Program-made: the position numbers and the translations under genes
Shown here: positions 21,826 through 30,788 of the stretch, in pieces
How the letters are laid out: every line of letters starts with the position of its first letter
Numbering within the stretch: the stretch's first letter is position 1
From: an uncultured delta proteobacterium
GTDB taxonomy: Bacteria; Myxococcota_A; Polyangia; Polyangiales; Polyangiaceae
Assembly: GCA_963696385.1 (NCBI GenBank)
Contig: CAVOKF010000005.1
Location: 480,001-544,000, forward strand
Direction: 5' to 3'
DNA: 64,000 bases
Notes under the pieces: generated by a model
Databases searched by the model: none
Seen by the model: the letters and a program-made list of their open reading frames with translations, nothing else
What the model was told of the DNA's origin: nothing

Positions 21826-22518
21826 TCAGTCGCGACGACGGTCACCCACGATGCGCAAGAGGAAGAGAAACATGTTGATGAAGTCGAGATACAGCGTGAG
21901 GGCACCCACGAGCGGGAGGTTGGCGGCGGAGCCGCTTCGCTGAAACATCTCCTTCAGGCGCTGCGTGTCGTACGCGGTCAATCCCGCAAAGACGATCACG
22001 CCGGCAAACGTGATGAGCCACTCGAGCCCGCCGCTGCGCAAGAACAGGTTGACCACCGACGCGAGGATCACGCCGATCAGGGCGAAAAAACCGAAGCGGC
22101 CGACGGCACTGAGGTCGCGCTTCGTGACAGTCCCGAACGCGGACAGGGCGGCGAACGAACCCGCGGTCACGAAGAACGTCGCCGCGATCGAAGACGATGT
22201 GTAAACAAGGAAAAGCGTCGAGAAGGTGACCCCCGTCAGCGCCGCGTAGCCGAAGAACATGAGTGCTGCCACGGCGGTGCTCACGCGTGTTGCGAGCGCG
22301 CTCAGAGCGAAGACGAGCCCCAGCTGGCCGAAGAGAAGCGCGTAGAAAAGAATCCGGTTTCCGACAAAGAAACTCAGGGCGGCCGGGGAATTCGCCACGC
22401 CCAGCGCGACCAACCCCGTCAAAGCCAATCCGACCGTCATCCACCGGTACGTGACCCAGAGCGCATCGACGCTCGCGTCGCGGGAGAGGCTTGCGGATCG
22501 TTGTAGCGCGTAATCCAT
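21826..22518 (-). CDS. Bax inhibitor-1/YccA family membrane protein
   Basis: About 7 TM segments, GLTAYDTQRLK, ALTLYLDFINMF. Confidence 0.93.
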   Translation of the reverse strand: MDYALQRSASLSRDASVDALWVTYRWMTVGLALTGLVALGVANSPAALSFFVGNRILFYALLFGQLGLVFALSALATRVSTAVAALMFFGYAALTGVTFSTLFLVYTSSSIAATFFVTAGSFAALSAFGTVTKRDLSAVGRFGFFALIGVILASVVNLFLRSGGLEWLITFAGVIVFAGLTAYDTQRLKEMFQRSGSAANLPLVGALTLYLDFINMFLFLLRIVGDRRRD

Positions 22519-22565
22519 GGAGACAATGTAAGTCGCGAAGGGGGCAACGGGAAGGGGTTCAGTTT

Positions 22566-22740
22566 AGGTCGAGGTCGGCTGAGGTCGGTCGAGGTAAGGT
22601 CGAGGTAAGGTCGAGGTAAGGTCGAGGTAAGGTCGAGGTAAGGTCGAGCTGAGGTCGAGCTGAGGTCGAGCTGAGGTCGAGCTGAGGTCGAGCTGAGGTC
22701 GAGCTGAGGTCGAGCTGAGGTCGAGCTGAGGTCGAGGTCG
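22566..22740. repeat. 11-bp tandem array: 5 x GGTCGAGGTAA (22587-22641) then 8 x GGTCGAGCTGA (22642-22729), with degenerate flanking copies
   Basis: Units read and counted directly from the sequence. Confidence 0.97.
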
Positions 22741-22841
22741 GCAACTACCTGGATCGAAGCGAACTATGGATTCGTCGAACACGTGTGCGAGCGCAATGGC
22801 AACAAGGCGGCCAGCGAATGCGCCGGAGCCGAAGTCGCGCT

Positions 22842-22876
22842 TGTTACGTAATGGCAGTGCGCCTGTTACGTAATGG
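22842..22876. promoter_or_regulatory. Twin 13-bp direct repeat TGTTACGTAATGG, each copy containing the palindrome TTACGTAA; putative tandem operator
   Basis: Copies at 22842-22854 and 22864-22876 (22-bp period) in the divergent intergenic region. Confidence 0.6.
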
Positions 22877-23238
22877 TTCTGCGGTCGCCCATTGCCGTTC
22901 CGCGGATGAAAAGCGGTTGGCTCATATCGTCGAACTCCGGTTCGTCGCACGGCCGCGTGGCCGTGGAGGCGCCGAAATTCGCGACCTCGGATCGCGAATC
23001 GGGCCCGCATTCCCATGAATCGCCGATGCCTCGGCACTTCGAAGTCCGCTGTACGTACAAGGGAACCAAGCGGCCGAATGCCTTCGAGGGGCTTCGCCGA
23101 TTGTCGCGAACGATGTGGACGAGAGAGTCATACTTTGACATAAGCGGTAGGAGAACGCCATGAGGGCCCGGACATCTCTCTCAGATTGACGTCTCGACAC
23201 ACCTGCCATGACTCCAGACCAAGAAACCGAGGTTCCCA

Positions 23239-26058
23239 ATGCATTCAGAGCAAGAAGGAGAGGCAATTAGGACCCTTGACAGCTCGCGTGAGCCGTCGCG
23301 GGCCCCAGACGCGTCGAATGACGAAACGGATGTGCAGGACCTGACGGCGAGACGCTACGCCAGGGCTGGGCAGAAGTACGCCAAACTCGTCAATCCCCAG
23401 GTTACCGATCTGCTCGAACGCCTCCGTATGGACAAATGCTACGTGCGCGGCGAGGGCCATCTGCTCGTCGACGCGGAAGGCAACCATATTCTCGATGCCG
23501 TATCCGGTTACGGCGCGGTTCCCTTCGGTCACAATTGCGAGTGGGTCTGGAGCGCCGTCCGGGACTTCGAACGGTCACGCGAGCCGGCCATCGTGCAGCC
23601 GTCCGTTTTGCCTGGCGCGGGGGAGCTTGCCGAGGCCCTCATTCGCCATGCCCCACCCGGGCTTCGCCACGTCGTATTTGGAAATAGCGGAACGGAAGCC
23701 GTCGAAGCGGCCATCAAAGCCTGCCGCGTGGCCACGAGGCGACTCGGGATCATCTCGACGGAAGGTGGCTTTCACGGAAAGACCTTGGGAGCCCTCTCGG
23801 CAACCGGAAGAGATTTTTTCCAGACCGGCTCCGGGGCGCCCGTGGCGGGCTTCCGCCGCGTCCCCTACGGGGACGCGGACGCCCTCGAACAGGTGCTGCG
23901 GGAGTGCGCCGCGAGCACGGCCGCCTTCATCGTCGAGCCAATCCAAGGCGAGGGCGGCGTCATCGAGCCGCCCGCCGATTACCTCAAAGCGGTCCGCGCG
24001 CTGTGCGACAAGCACGACGTTCTGCTCATTGTGGACGAGGTTCAAACCGGGCTGGGGCGCACCGGGCCGCTCTTCGCCTGCCTTGCCGAAGGAATCATCC
24101 CCGACGCCCTGACTCTTTCCAAAGCCCTTGGCGGGGGCCTTGTGCCGGTCTCAGCGTGCCTTTTGTCGCCGAAGGCCTACACGAAAGACTTCGCCTTGAA
24201 GCACTCTTCGACCTTCGCCGGCAACGCCTTGGCGATGCGCGTGGGTCTTCGAGTCGTCGAGCGTTTGGTGTCGGATGGCGAGGCCGTGCTCGAGAACGTC
24301 GTAAGGCAGGGTGCTTACCTCAAGCGCGGCTTGCGCGAAGTGCAGCGCGAGTACGGTTCGGTCATCCGTGACGTGCGCGGTCGAGGTCTGATGCTCGGTG
24401 TCGAGCTCGGCGTCGACCGCACGAACATCCGGCGAGGTCTGGGGGCTCTCTTGCCGATGCTCGGAGAGGGCCTCGCTCCCTTCGCGGCGAGCTATTTGCT
24501 CAATGTAAGCCATCTTCGGGTCGCCCCGACGTTGCACGGGACGACTGTCCTGCGCGTGCAACCACCTCTGACCGTCACCCTCGACGAATGCGACTGGATC
24601 CTTCGAGCATTCGACGACTTAGCGTCGGTGATGGCTTCGGGCCGGTCCGACCGGTTCGTGCGGCACTTGCTGCCACCCACCGAAGCGGTCGTTCGGAGTT
24701 CGGGTTTTTATCGCGTCACCGCACCTCACGTGCCGGACGCAGAGATACCCTCCTTCACCGACCGCACGGAGCTCCTGAAGCCGAAGGGCCAACCCGAGGA
24801 AGGGCGCTTTGCCTTCGTCTTTCATATGCTCGACGGAAAGAGTCTGTCCGAGTGCGACCGGTCCCTTGAGGGGATTGCGCCGTCGGACCTCGAAAGCATC
24901 GTTGATCGGTTCGCGGACTTGACGCGCCCGTTCGTTGTCTCACGGGTCCGGATCGAGTCTCTCGCGGGCCATGCTGCCATTGGAGACTTCATTCTCCTCC
25001 CCAAGACGACCAAGCAGCTTCTGCGTCTCTCACCGGGAGAGGCACTCAACGAGGTGGCACAAGCCGTCGCCTTGGGCATCGAGGGGGGCGCCAAGATCGT
25101 TGGACTCGGCGGTTACACCTCCGTCGTCACGCAGAATCTGAAACCGCTGTTGAAGCTTGGAGTTCCACTGACGACGGGCAACAGCTACACGGTGGTCTCG
25201 GCCATCGATGCGGCTCTGCAAGCGGCGCGGGTCGCGGGCCGTGACCTCCGGATGGCCCGAGCCGTCATCGTGGGGGGCGGCGGCAGCATCGGCAGCGCTC
25301 TGGCATCTCTGCTCGCAGAGCGCGTGCCGTCGCTCGTCCTCGTGGGGCGTGAGGGTGACGCGACCGCCGTGCGCAGCCGTTATGCGATGATCGTGGCGCG
25401 AATGACCCGCCATGCAGCGCGCCGACAGGGCCACGGTGCCGTGCTCCCGAAAGGATCGCTGGGGCACTCGCTCAGCCGGCTTCCGGTTGCCGCCGAGCTC
25501 GCTCGACGCGACGGCCGGCTCGTCTTGAGCGACGACGAAGAAAGGCTCGTCCTGAACCAGGTGCGCGGTTTGAAAGTTCGCTGGACAACCGATTTGCCCG
25601 AGGCGCTGGCTCAGGCGGACTTGGTCATTCTCGCCACGAGCAGCCCCGAGCAGTTGGTCACGCCCGAGATGGTGCAACCCGGGACGGTGATCTGCGACTT
25701 GTCCCGCCCTGCCAACGTGAGCGATGCGCTCTTCCGCCGCGAAGACGTCCTGGTCATCGATGGCGGAATCGTCGAAGTCCCGCAGCGACCGGATCTTGGT
25801 TTTCACTTCGGCCTGGGTCGGGGCCTCGCGTATGCGTGCATGGCGGAGACGATGATGTTGGCCCTTGAGTCTCGTTACGAGCACACGAGCCTGGGCCGAG
25901 ATCTGCAAGAAAGCACCCTCGACATGCTCGGTGCGCTCTCCGAAAAACACGGGTTTCGATTGGCGGAGCTACGCGCCCGGCAGCGACCCCTTCGTATCTC
26001 TGAATCGAGAAAGCTGTCGCTCGCCAATCGCGGGAACCTCCGACTGGCGCGAGCCTGA
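23239..26058 (+). CDS. Class-III PLP aminotransferase fused to a C-terminal acyl-ACP/acyl-CoA reductase-like domain (TamH/PigE-like chemistry)
   Basis: N-terminal: SGTEAVEAAIK, FHGKTLG, EPIQGEGG, DEVQTG, LSKALGGG. C-terminal: FAFVFH, GLGGYTSVV, TTGNSYT, GGGGSIG, DLSRP, VIDGG, YACMAE. Confidence 0.85.
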   Translation: MHSEQEGEAIRTLDSSREPSRAPDASNDETDVQDLTARRYARAGQKYAKLVNPQVTDLLERLRMDKCYVRGEGHLLVDAEGNHILDAVSGYGAVPFGHNCEWVWSAVRDFERSREPAIVQPSVLPGAGELAEALIRHAPPGLRHVVFGNSGTEAVEAAIKACRVATRRLGIISTEGGFHGKTLGALSATGRDFFQTGSGAPVAGFRRVPYGDADALEQVLRECAASTAAFIVEPIQGEGGVIEPPADYLKAVRALCDKHDVLLIVDEVQTGLGRTGPLFACLAEGIIPDALTLSKALGGGLVPVSACLLSPKAYTKDFALKHSSTFAGNALAMRVGLRVVERLVSDGEAVLENVVRQGAYLKRGLREVQREYGSVIRDVRGRGLMLGVELGVDRTNIRRGLGALLPMLGEGLAPFAASYLLNVSHLRVAPTLHGTTVLRVQPPLTVTLDECDWILRAFDDLASVMASGRSDRFVRHLLPPTEAVVRSSGFYRVTAPHVPDAEIPSFTDRTELLKPKGQPEEGRFAFVFHMLDGKSLSECDRSLEGIAPSDLESIVDRFADLTRPFVVSRVRIESLAGHAAIGDFILLPKTTKQLLRLSPGEALNEVAQAVALGIEGGAKIVGLGGYTSVVTQNLKPLLKLGVPLTTGNSYTVVSAIDAALQAARVAGRDLRMARAVIVGGGGSIGSALASLLAERVPSLVLVGREGDATAVRSRYAMIVARMTRHAARRQGHGAVLPKGSLGHSLSRLPVAAELARRDGRLVLSDDEERLVLNQVRGLKVRWTTDLPEALAQADLVILATSSPEQLVTPEMVQPGTVICDLSRPANVSDALFRREDVLVIDGGIVEVPQRPDLGFHFGLGRGLAYACMAETMMLALESRYEHTSLGRDLQESTLDMLGALSEKHGFRLAELRARQRPLRISESRKLSLANRGNLRLARA

Positions 26059-26075
26059 CCTGGAGGATCGCGCCC

Positions 26076-27479
26076 TCACGGTTGGGGCAGGGGTGGAAAC
26101 AGGCTCGACGTCGTCACCGTCCCGGGGCGTACGATGAACGTGAGCGATCCCATGCTTTTATCGGCTCCGGACGAAAACGCGCTTGCCACGACCAGCCTGT
26201 CTGGCGCGGTCGTGGGAACGTTCAAAAACGCGCCGATTCCCGAGGCGTCCGTCGCTTTCGCGGATGTGACGGGAACGCCGCCGATGAGATAGTAACTGAC
26301 CGTTTGCGAATCGGCGGAGTCCAGGGTGAACGATACTCCGGGCGCCGGGGTAAACAGGCAGTCGGCTGCATTCAGGAGAACGTGGCCGCGCATCGGATCC
26401 GGCGAAGTGCCGGTGGCCGCGGTGATCGCCACGGCCTCCCCCTCCGAGATGAGCAGCGTTCGGCCCCGCCACCCATCCGCGACGACGAACGGTACCGGGT
26501 ACCATATCGAAGGAAACAGGACGGAGACTCCCGCGTCGCCCCCGGCGTCGCTCCCTGTGTTGGCGACTTCGCCCCCTGTCACGTCGAGATACCCGTCGAA
26601 TCCGGCTAGTCCCGGCGGAACACTGAGTGTGACCAGGCCGGTCGTATCGGTCGTCGACTGGTCAATCGGAGAGCTGCACGTATAGTCGAGCTTGTCGCAC
26701 GCTTTGACCACCGAACCGACGAACGGCTCCTCCGAGCTGAAGTCGACGAAGGTTACCGAAAATGTGATCTTGGCGGCCGCTGGAGGATTGGGCCACAGAT
26801 TGTGGCCGCTGAGACACGACCAGTTCGTGCCCGGCTGACACGCCGAGGCGCACTGACCCGTGCAGCCGTACCAGGTCGCGTAGTCCGCCAATCCATCGGC
26901 AAACTCCGCCTCGCATGCGGTGGGGCAAGAACCGGCTCCGAAGCAATTCGAGACGCAAAGATTGAGCTGCGCACACGCTGTGTCGATGGCACACGTCGCT
27001 CCTTGGGCGCAGCAAGATGTCGCGAGACACGACTCGCAGTTCGAATTGCCCGAGACGAATTCCCCGCACGAGCTCCCGCAAGAACTCGGACAATTTTGCA
27101 CTCGGCAGGCGCGTAACGCGACCAGCGTCGTCGGGAGTGTGTAAAACAAATTGCATTGCGCCATGCACGTAGCGTCGCTGCAGTTGGCGAGGCAGTCCGA
27201 CGCTTCTTCGCATGCCGGGTCCGCGGCGCAAGCTTGCGCCTGCGCGCAGCAGTGCTGGTCGATGCACGAGGCGCAGGACGCGGAAGGTTGCGGCAGCGCG
27301 CCACATGGGCCGACGGTCGACGCGACGCTGTCTTCGCCGGCATCGGCCGCTTCCGCGCGTTCCGGGCGCTCGTGAAGCCCTAGAATTTGCTGGCAACCCG
27401 CCGAGGTTGCGACAAGGACAACGACGGCAATCGGCCCGAGCGAAAAGCCGTCCCTCGAATGGCGCACGGGGCCGCTCAC
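26076..27479 (-). CDS. Cys-rich lipoprotein with a C-terminal beta-sandwich region
   Basis: Lipobox SAGCQQILGL; repeated CxxC...CC modules; start overlaps the kinase stop (GTGA). Confidence 0.75.
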   Translation of the reverse strand: MSGPVRHSRDGFSLGPIAVVVLVATSAGCQQILGLHERPERAEAADAGEDSVASTVGPCGALPQPSASCASCIDQHCCAQAQACAADPACEEASDCLANCSDATCMAQCNLFYTLPTTLVALRACRVQNCPSSCGSSCGEFVSGNSNCESCLATSCCAQGATCAIDTACAQLNLCVSNCFGAGSCPTACEAEFADGLADYATWYGCTGQCASACQPGTNWSCLSGHNLWPNPPAAAKITFSVTFVDFSSEEPFVGSVVKACDKLDYTCSSPIDQSTTDTTGLVTLSVPPGLAGFDGYLDVTGGEVANTGSDAGGDAGVSVLFPSIWYPVPFVVADGWRGRTLLISEGEAVAITAATGTSPDPMRGHVLLNAADCLFTPAPGVSFTLDSADSQTVSYYLIGGVPVTSAKATDASGIGAFLNVPTTAPDRLVVASAFSSGADKSMGSLTFIVRPGTVTTSSLFPPLPQP

Positions 27480-28855
27480 TGCTGGTAGCTTAGAGGGTCA
27501 TCGTCGCCGACCCCACGACGCGGCGCCGGCACCGCGACTCGCGGGAGAGCCGTACGTACCGGAAAAGTGTGAACTGGTTGTACATCGGCGTTCGGAGCGA
27601 CAGGGGCCGCCACTTTCGTCATCTCCGCGGCGACGGTCGAGACCGCAGGCGCCACGAACGTGGGCGGAGTCGAAGCCGTAGTGGCGAGCAGCGGTAGTGC
27701 GGATCCGGACGCAGTTGCATGGGCCGATGGCTCGGCGACCAACACGCGCGACTGCAAAGTCGGGCGCCACATGACGACAACGAGGACGAGGGACAGAGCG
27801 ACCAACGCGGCGAGCGAAAAAAACGCCGACCGCCACACGTTGGGCTCGGGGCGCGAACGGTCCTTCGTCATGGCCAAGCCCGACGATACCATGGCGTCCA
27901 ACCGGCTTGCCGACGGCAACGGGGCTCTTTCCGAAGCCGTTACGGCGATCTGCCGTGACCCGCTCGACGAAGCGATCCCAACCTCGTAGGCCGGCAGTCC
28001 GAAAGCGGCGGCAAGGGCCTCGACCTGTTGCTCCGCCGAGGAGAATCGCCGCTCGGGGTCCAGCTGGCATGCGCGAAGAAACCAACAATCGAACTCGGGG
28101 CCGAAGTCCTGCCCGATCTCGGAGGGCGCCCGGAGCGGTTCATGAAGAATCCCTTCGATCATTTCCGTCAACGTGACGCCGGTTCGATACGGTCGGCCGG
28201 TAAGCAATTTGTACGCCGTGAGTCCCAAGGCATAGAGGTCGGTGGCTGGGCCGACTCGAGTGGGATCGCCGCGGGCCTGCTCGGGCGCCATGTAGAGGGG
28301 CGTACCGAGCAGCTGCCCCCACTGCGTGGATCCTACCGACATCGATTCGGCCGCAATTCTGGCAATTCCGAAATCAAGAATCTTGATCAGCGGACTGCCA
28401 TCGTCGCGCCGGGTAAGAAATAGATTGGCTGGTTTGAGATCCCGGTGAATGATGCCTAGCCGGTGCGCCTTGTCCATGGGACCCGCGACCTGCCGCAACC
28501 ATTCGACGACGATGGGCGGCTCGATCCGTTGATCGTCCGACAGCTGGTCGAGGTCGACTCCTTCGAGCAAGTCCATGACGAGGTACGGCGCACCACTGAG
28601 TTCGGGCGCGACGTCGGCATCGAAGATCCGAACGACGTGCTGGCTCCGAATTTTCGACACGACGAGCGCTTCGCGCTTGAAGCGCGCGATCGCGTCTTCG
28701 GATCCGCCGAGATGCGACGTCATCACCTTGAGCGCGAGAAGCTCGCCGGTCAGCGTGTGTTCGACGGAGTAAACGGTCCCGGTCGAACCTGCCCCAAGGA
28801 CGCTCCGGGGTCGATATTTGCCCCCGATGATCTCCGGCAAGCTCACGCCGCGCAT
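27476..28855 (-). CDS. Membrane-anchored Hanks-type Ser/Thr protein kinase
   Basis: LGAGSTGTVY, ALK, HRDLKPANLF, DFG, GTPLYMAPE, DLYALG; one TM then a Pro/Ala-rich tail; start uncertain (28855 or 28927). Confidence 0.93.
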   Translation of the reverse strand: MRGVSLPEIIGGKYRPRSVLGAGSTGTVYSVEHTLTGELLALKVMTSHLGGSEDAIARFKREALVVSKIRSQHVVRIFDADVAPELSGAPYLVMDLLEGVDLDQLSDDQRIEPPIVVEWLRQVAGPMDKAHRLGIIHRDLKPANLFLTRRDDGSPLIKILDFGIARIAAESMSVGSTQWGQLLGTPLYMAPEQARGDPTRVGPATDLYALGLTAYKLLTGRPYRTGVTLTEMIEGILHEPLRAPSEIGQDFGPEFDCWFLRACQLDPERRFSSAEQQVEALAAAFGLPAYEVGIASSSGSRQIAVTASERAPLPSASRLDAMVSSGLAMTKDRSRPEPNVWRSAFFSLAALVALSLVLVVVMWRPTLQSRVLVAEPSAHATASGSALPLLATTASTPPTFVAPAVSTVAAEMTKVAAPVAPNADVQPVHTFPVRTALPRVAVPAPRRGVGDDDPLSYQQ

Positions 28856-28927
28856 GGTAAATAGCTCTCCGGCCTTGTCAATGATGAGCCGCACGATGCG
28901 GCGCAACTGCGAACTTGAGAAACGCAC

Positions 28928-30040
28928 ATGAAAATTCTTGGCACCAGATTGGCAGCTGCCGCGGCATGCCTTCTTTTTGCTGGGACGCCAGCCCGTTCCG
29001 CGAACGCCGAGCCGTCGTTGGCCGACAAGACCGTGGCGACCCAGCTCTTTAACGAAGGGCGCATTCTCTTGGATCAGGGCCGGATCGGGGAAGCATGCGC
29101 CAAGCTCGAGGAAAGCCAGCGGATCGAACCCGGGGGCGGCACACTACTCAACGTGGCCCTCTGTCACGAACGGCAAGGCCGTACGGCCGCCGCGTGGGTG
29201 GAGTTCACCGAAGCCATGGGCCTCGCGAGACGCGATGAAAATGCGCTTCGCGTCGAGTTTGCGCGGTCTCACATCGCGCTGCTCGCGCCGCTCCTTTCAC
29301 GGTTGGCCATCCAAGTTCCGCCGGGTTCCGACATTCCCGATCTCGAAGTCAAGTGCGACGGAAGCATTCTTGCACGCGCCGCATGGGGCTCGCCGGTTCC
29401 CGTCGATCCGGGAGAACACCTCGTCGAGGCCGTGGCTCCGGGAAGGCTTCCGTGGAAGCAAAGCATCCTCGTCGGACCGAACGCGGACAGCAAGACCGCC
29501 GTCGTTCCCGTGCTCGAAAGCGCCCCCGTTCGCGTCGAACCGGTAAGCTCTTCACCTGCGGCGTCGAGTCCGGGCGGCCCCGTGCGAGAGCCACCCTCCC
29601 CCGCCGCCACCGGATCGTCTCGTCTGGGGTCCGCGTCGGACCAGGGCGGTGGACGGCCCGAGGGCAGCGCCGCCCCCGCTTGGATCGCCCTCACCCTAGG
29701 GTTCGCTGCGGCGGGGGTGGGGACGTACTTCGGAATTCGGGCGCTCTCCGAGAAGAACGACGCGGACCGCGCCTGTCCGAACAATCTCTGCTCGACGCAA
29801 GGCGAAAGCGAAAACAGCCAAGCCATTCGATTTGCCAACTACGCGACCGCTGGAATCGCGGTTGGCGCTGCGGGGGTCGGTTTGGCCACGGTGCTCTTTC
29901 TGACGCGCTCGGGGGCCGCTCGACCGGCGCCCGACGCGAAGACTGCGGGCCAAAGCCCCGTACCCAGGCTGCAGATCGCAGACGCCGACCTCTCGGGGTG
30001 GCTCGGAGGCGCAGAGCTTCGGATCACGGGTCGCTGGTGA
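28928..30040 (+). CDS. Secreted TPR + PEGA-like protein with a C-terminal hydrophobic/beta tail
   Basis: Signal peptide; ACAKLEESQRIEPGGGTLLNVALCHE; PVDPGEHLVEA; ends ITGRW. Confidence 0.8.
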   Translation: MKILGTRLAAAAACLLFAGTPARSANAEPSLADKTVATQLFNEGRILLDQGRIGEACAKLEESQRIEPGGGTLLNVALCHERQGRTAAAWVEFTEAMGLARRDENALRVEFARSHIALLAPLLSRLAIQVPPGSDIPDLEVKCDGSILARAAWGSPVPVDPGEHLVEAVAPGRLPWKQSILVGPNADSKTAVVPVLESAPVRVEPVSSSPAASSPGGPVREPPSPAATGSSRLGSASDQGGGRPEGSAAPAWIALTLGFAAAGVGTYFGIRALSEKNDADRACPNNLCSTQGESENSQAIRFANYATAGIAVGAAGVGLATVLFLTRSGAARPAPDAKTAGQSPVPRLQIADADLSGWLGGAELRITGRW

Positions 30041-30788
30041 GCCTCCGCGCGCCCGCCCTTCTGGGCCTGGCGAGAGGCGTCGGAGTCCGCCCGTGGCCCT
30101 CGCCTATGGGGCAAAACGAGGCGGACATCGGCCTGCGATGAGCCTCGCGACGAATCGAAGCATTCAATAACGTAGTTCGCAAATCGTATGCATACGACGC
30201 CGCGCCGTCCGATCTCGGGCCAAGGAAAGCCCCCGTCTCGTTCGAAGGCGTATCAGAGGATGGAATCGGGCCACGAAATCGTCGCACTTCCTTTAGCTTT
30301 AGTGAGTGCGGCACGAACTCGACGTCGGCGTTCACCGCGAAGCCCCGGCCCGTTCGAGGCACGGGGCTAGCCGACTCCGAAGGGCAGATCACACTTAATT
30401 CCGTTGGAGCGAGAAGGGCCGATGTCGGCATATCCGCCCGCCTGTCGGCCGCCTCCGGACCCGGCTCAGCGCCGCCTCGCTAAGGGTGCCCATGAAGGAC
30501 GCCTGCCTCCACTGAAATTCCCACAAAATTCCGAACGGAAAGAAGCCGAGCGCGCGATGTCGATGTGGGCCACGCAGTTGCGACGCAAATTTCCTATGCA
30601 AACGAAAGTTTCGAAGTTCCGCATGGTTTCAGTCACTTTCCGTGAGCCATTTTTTCGTGGTTTGCCACTGCCGTAACGAACGAAGCGAAACGAGCAAAAC
30701 AGCCGAACGCCCCGGGGGGACCACACCCCCTCCGTTGCGGGCCGGCGCTTGCTGGTGCAAAGTGGATCGACCGCGCGGAGGCGTCACA

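Noticed and set aside
22566..22740. Possible CRISPR array
   Set aside because: Units are 11 bp, contiguous and spacer-free; no cas genes in the window
23135..23213. TTGACA and TTGACG as promoters for the fusion enzyme
   Set aside because: No convincing -10 element at 16-18 bp spacing
22559..23266. Short ORFs crossing the tandem array and intergenic region (e.g. 22564..23037 -)
   Set aside because: The repetitive STSARPQLDL peptide is a by-product of a stop-free repeat strand; no recognisable domain
30500..30720. Possible riboswitch or ribozyme (AAAC-GAAA-GTTT hairpin, AT-rich tract) upstream of the DUF1592 gene
   Set aside because: Could not match the conserved core of any riboswitch or hammerhead by eye; an Infernal/Rfam search would be needed
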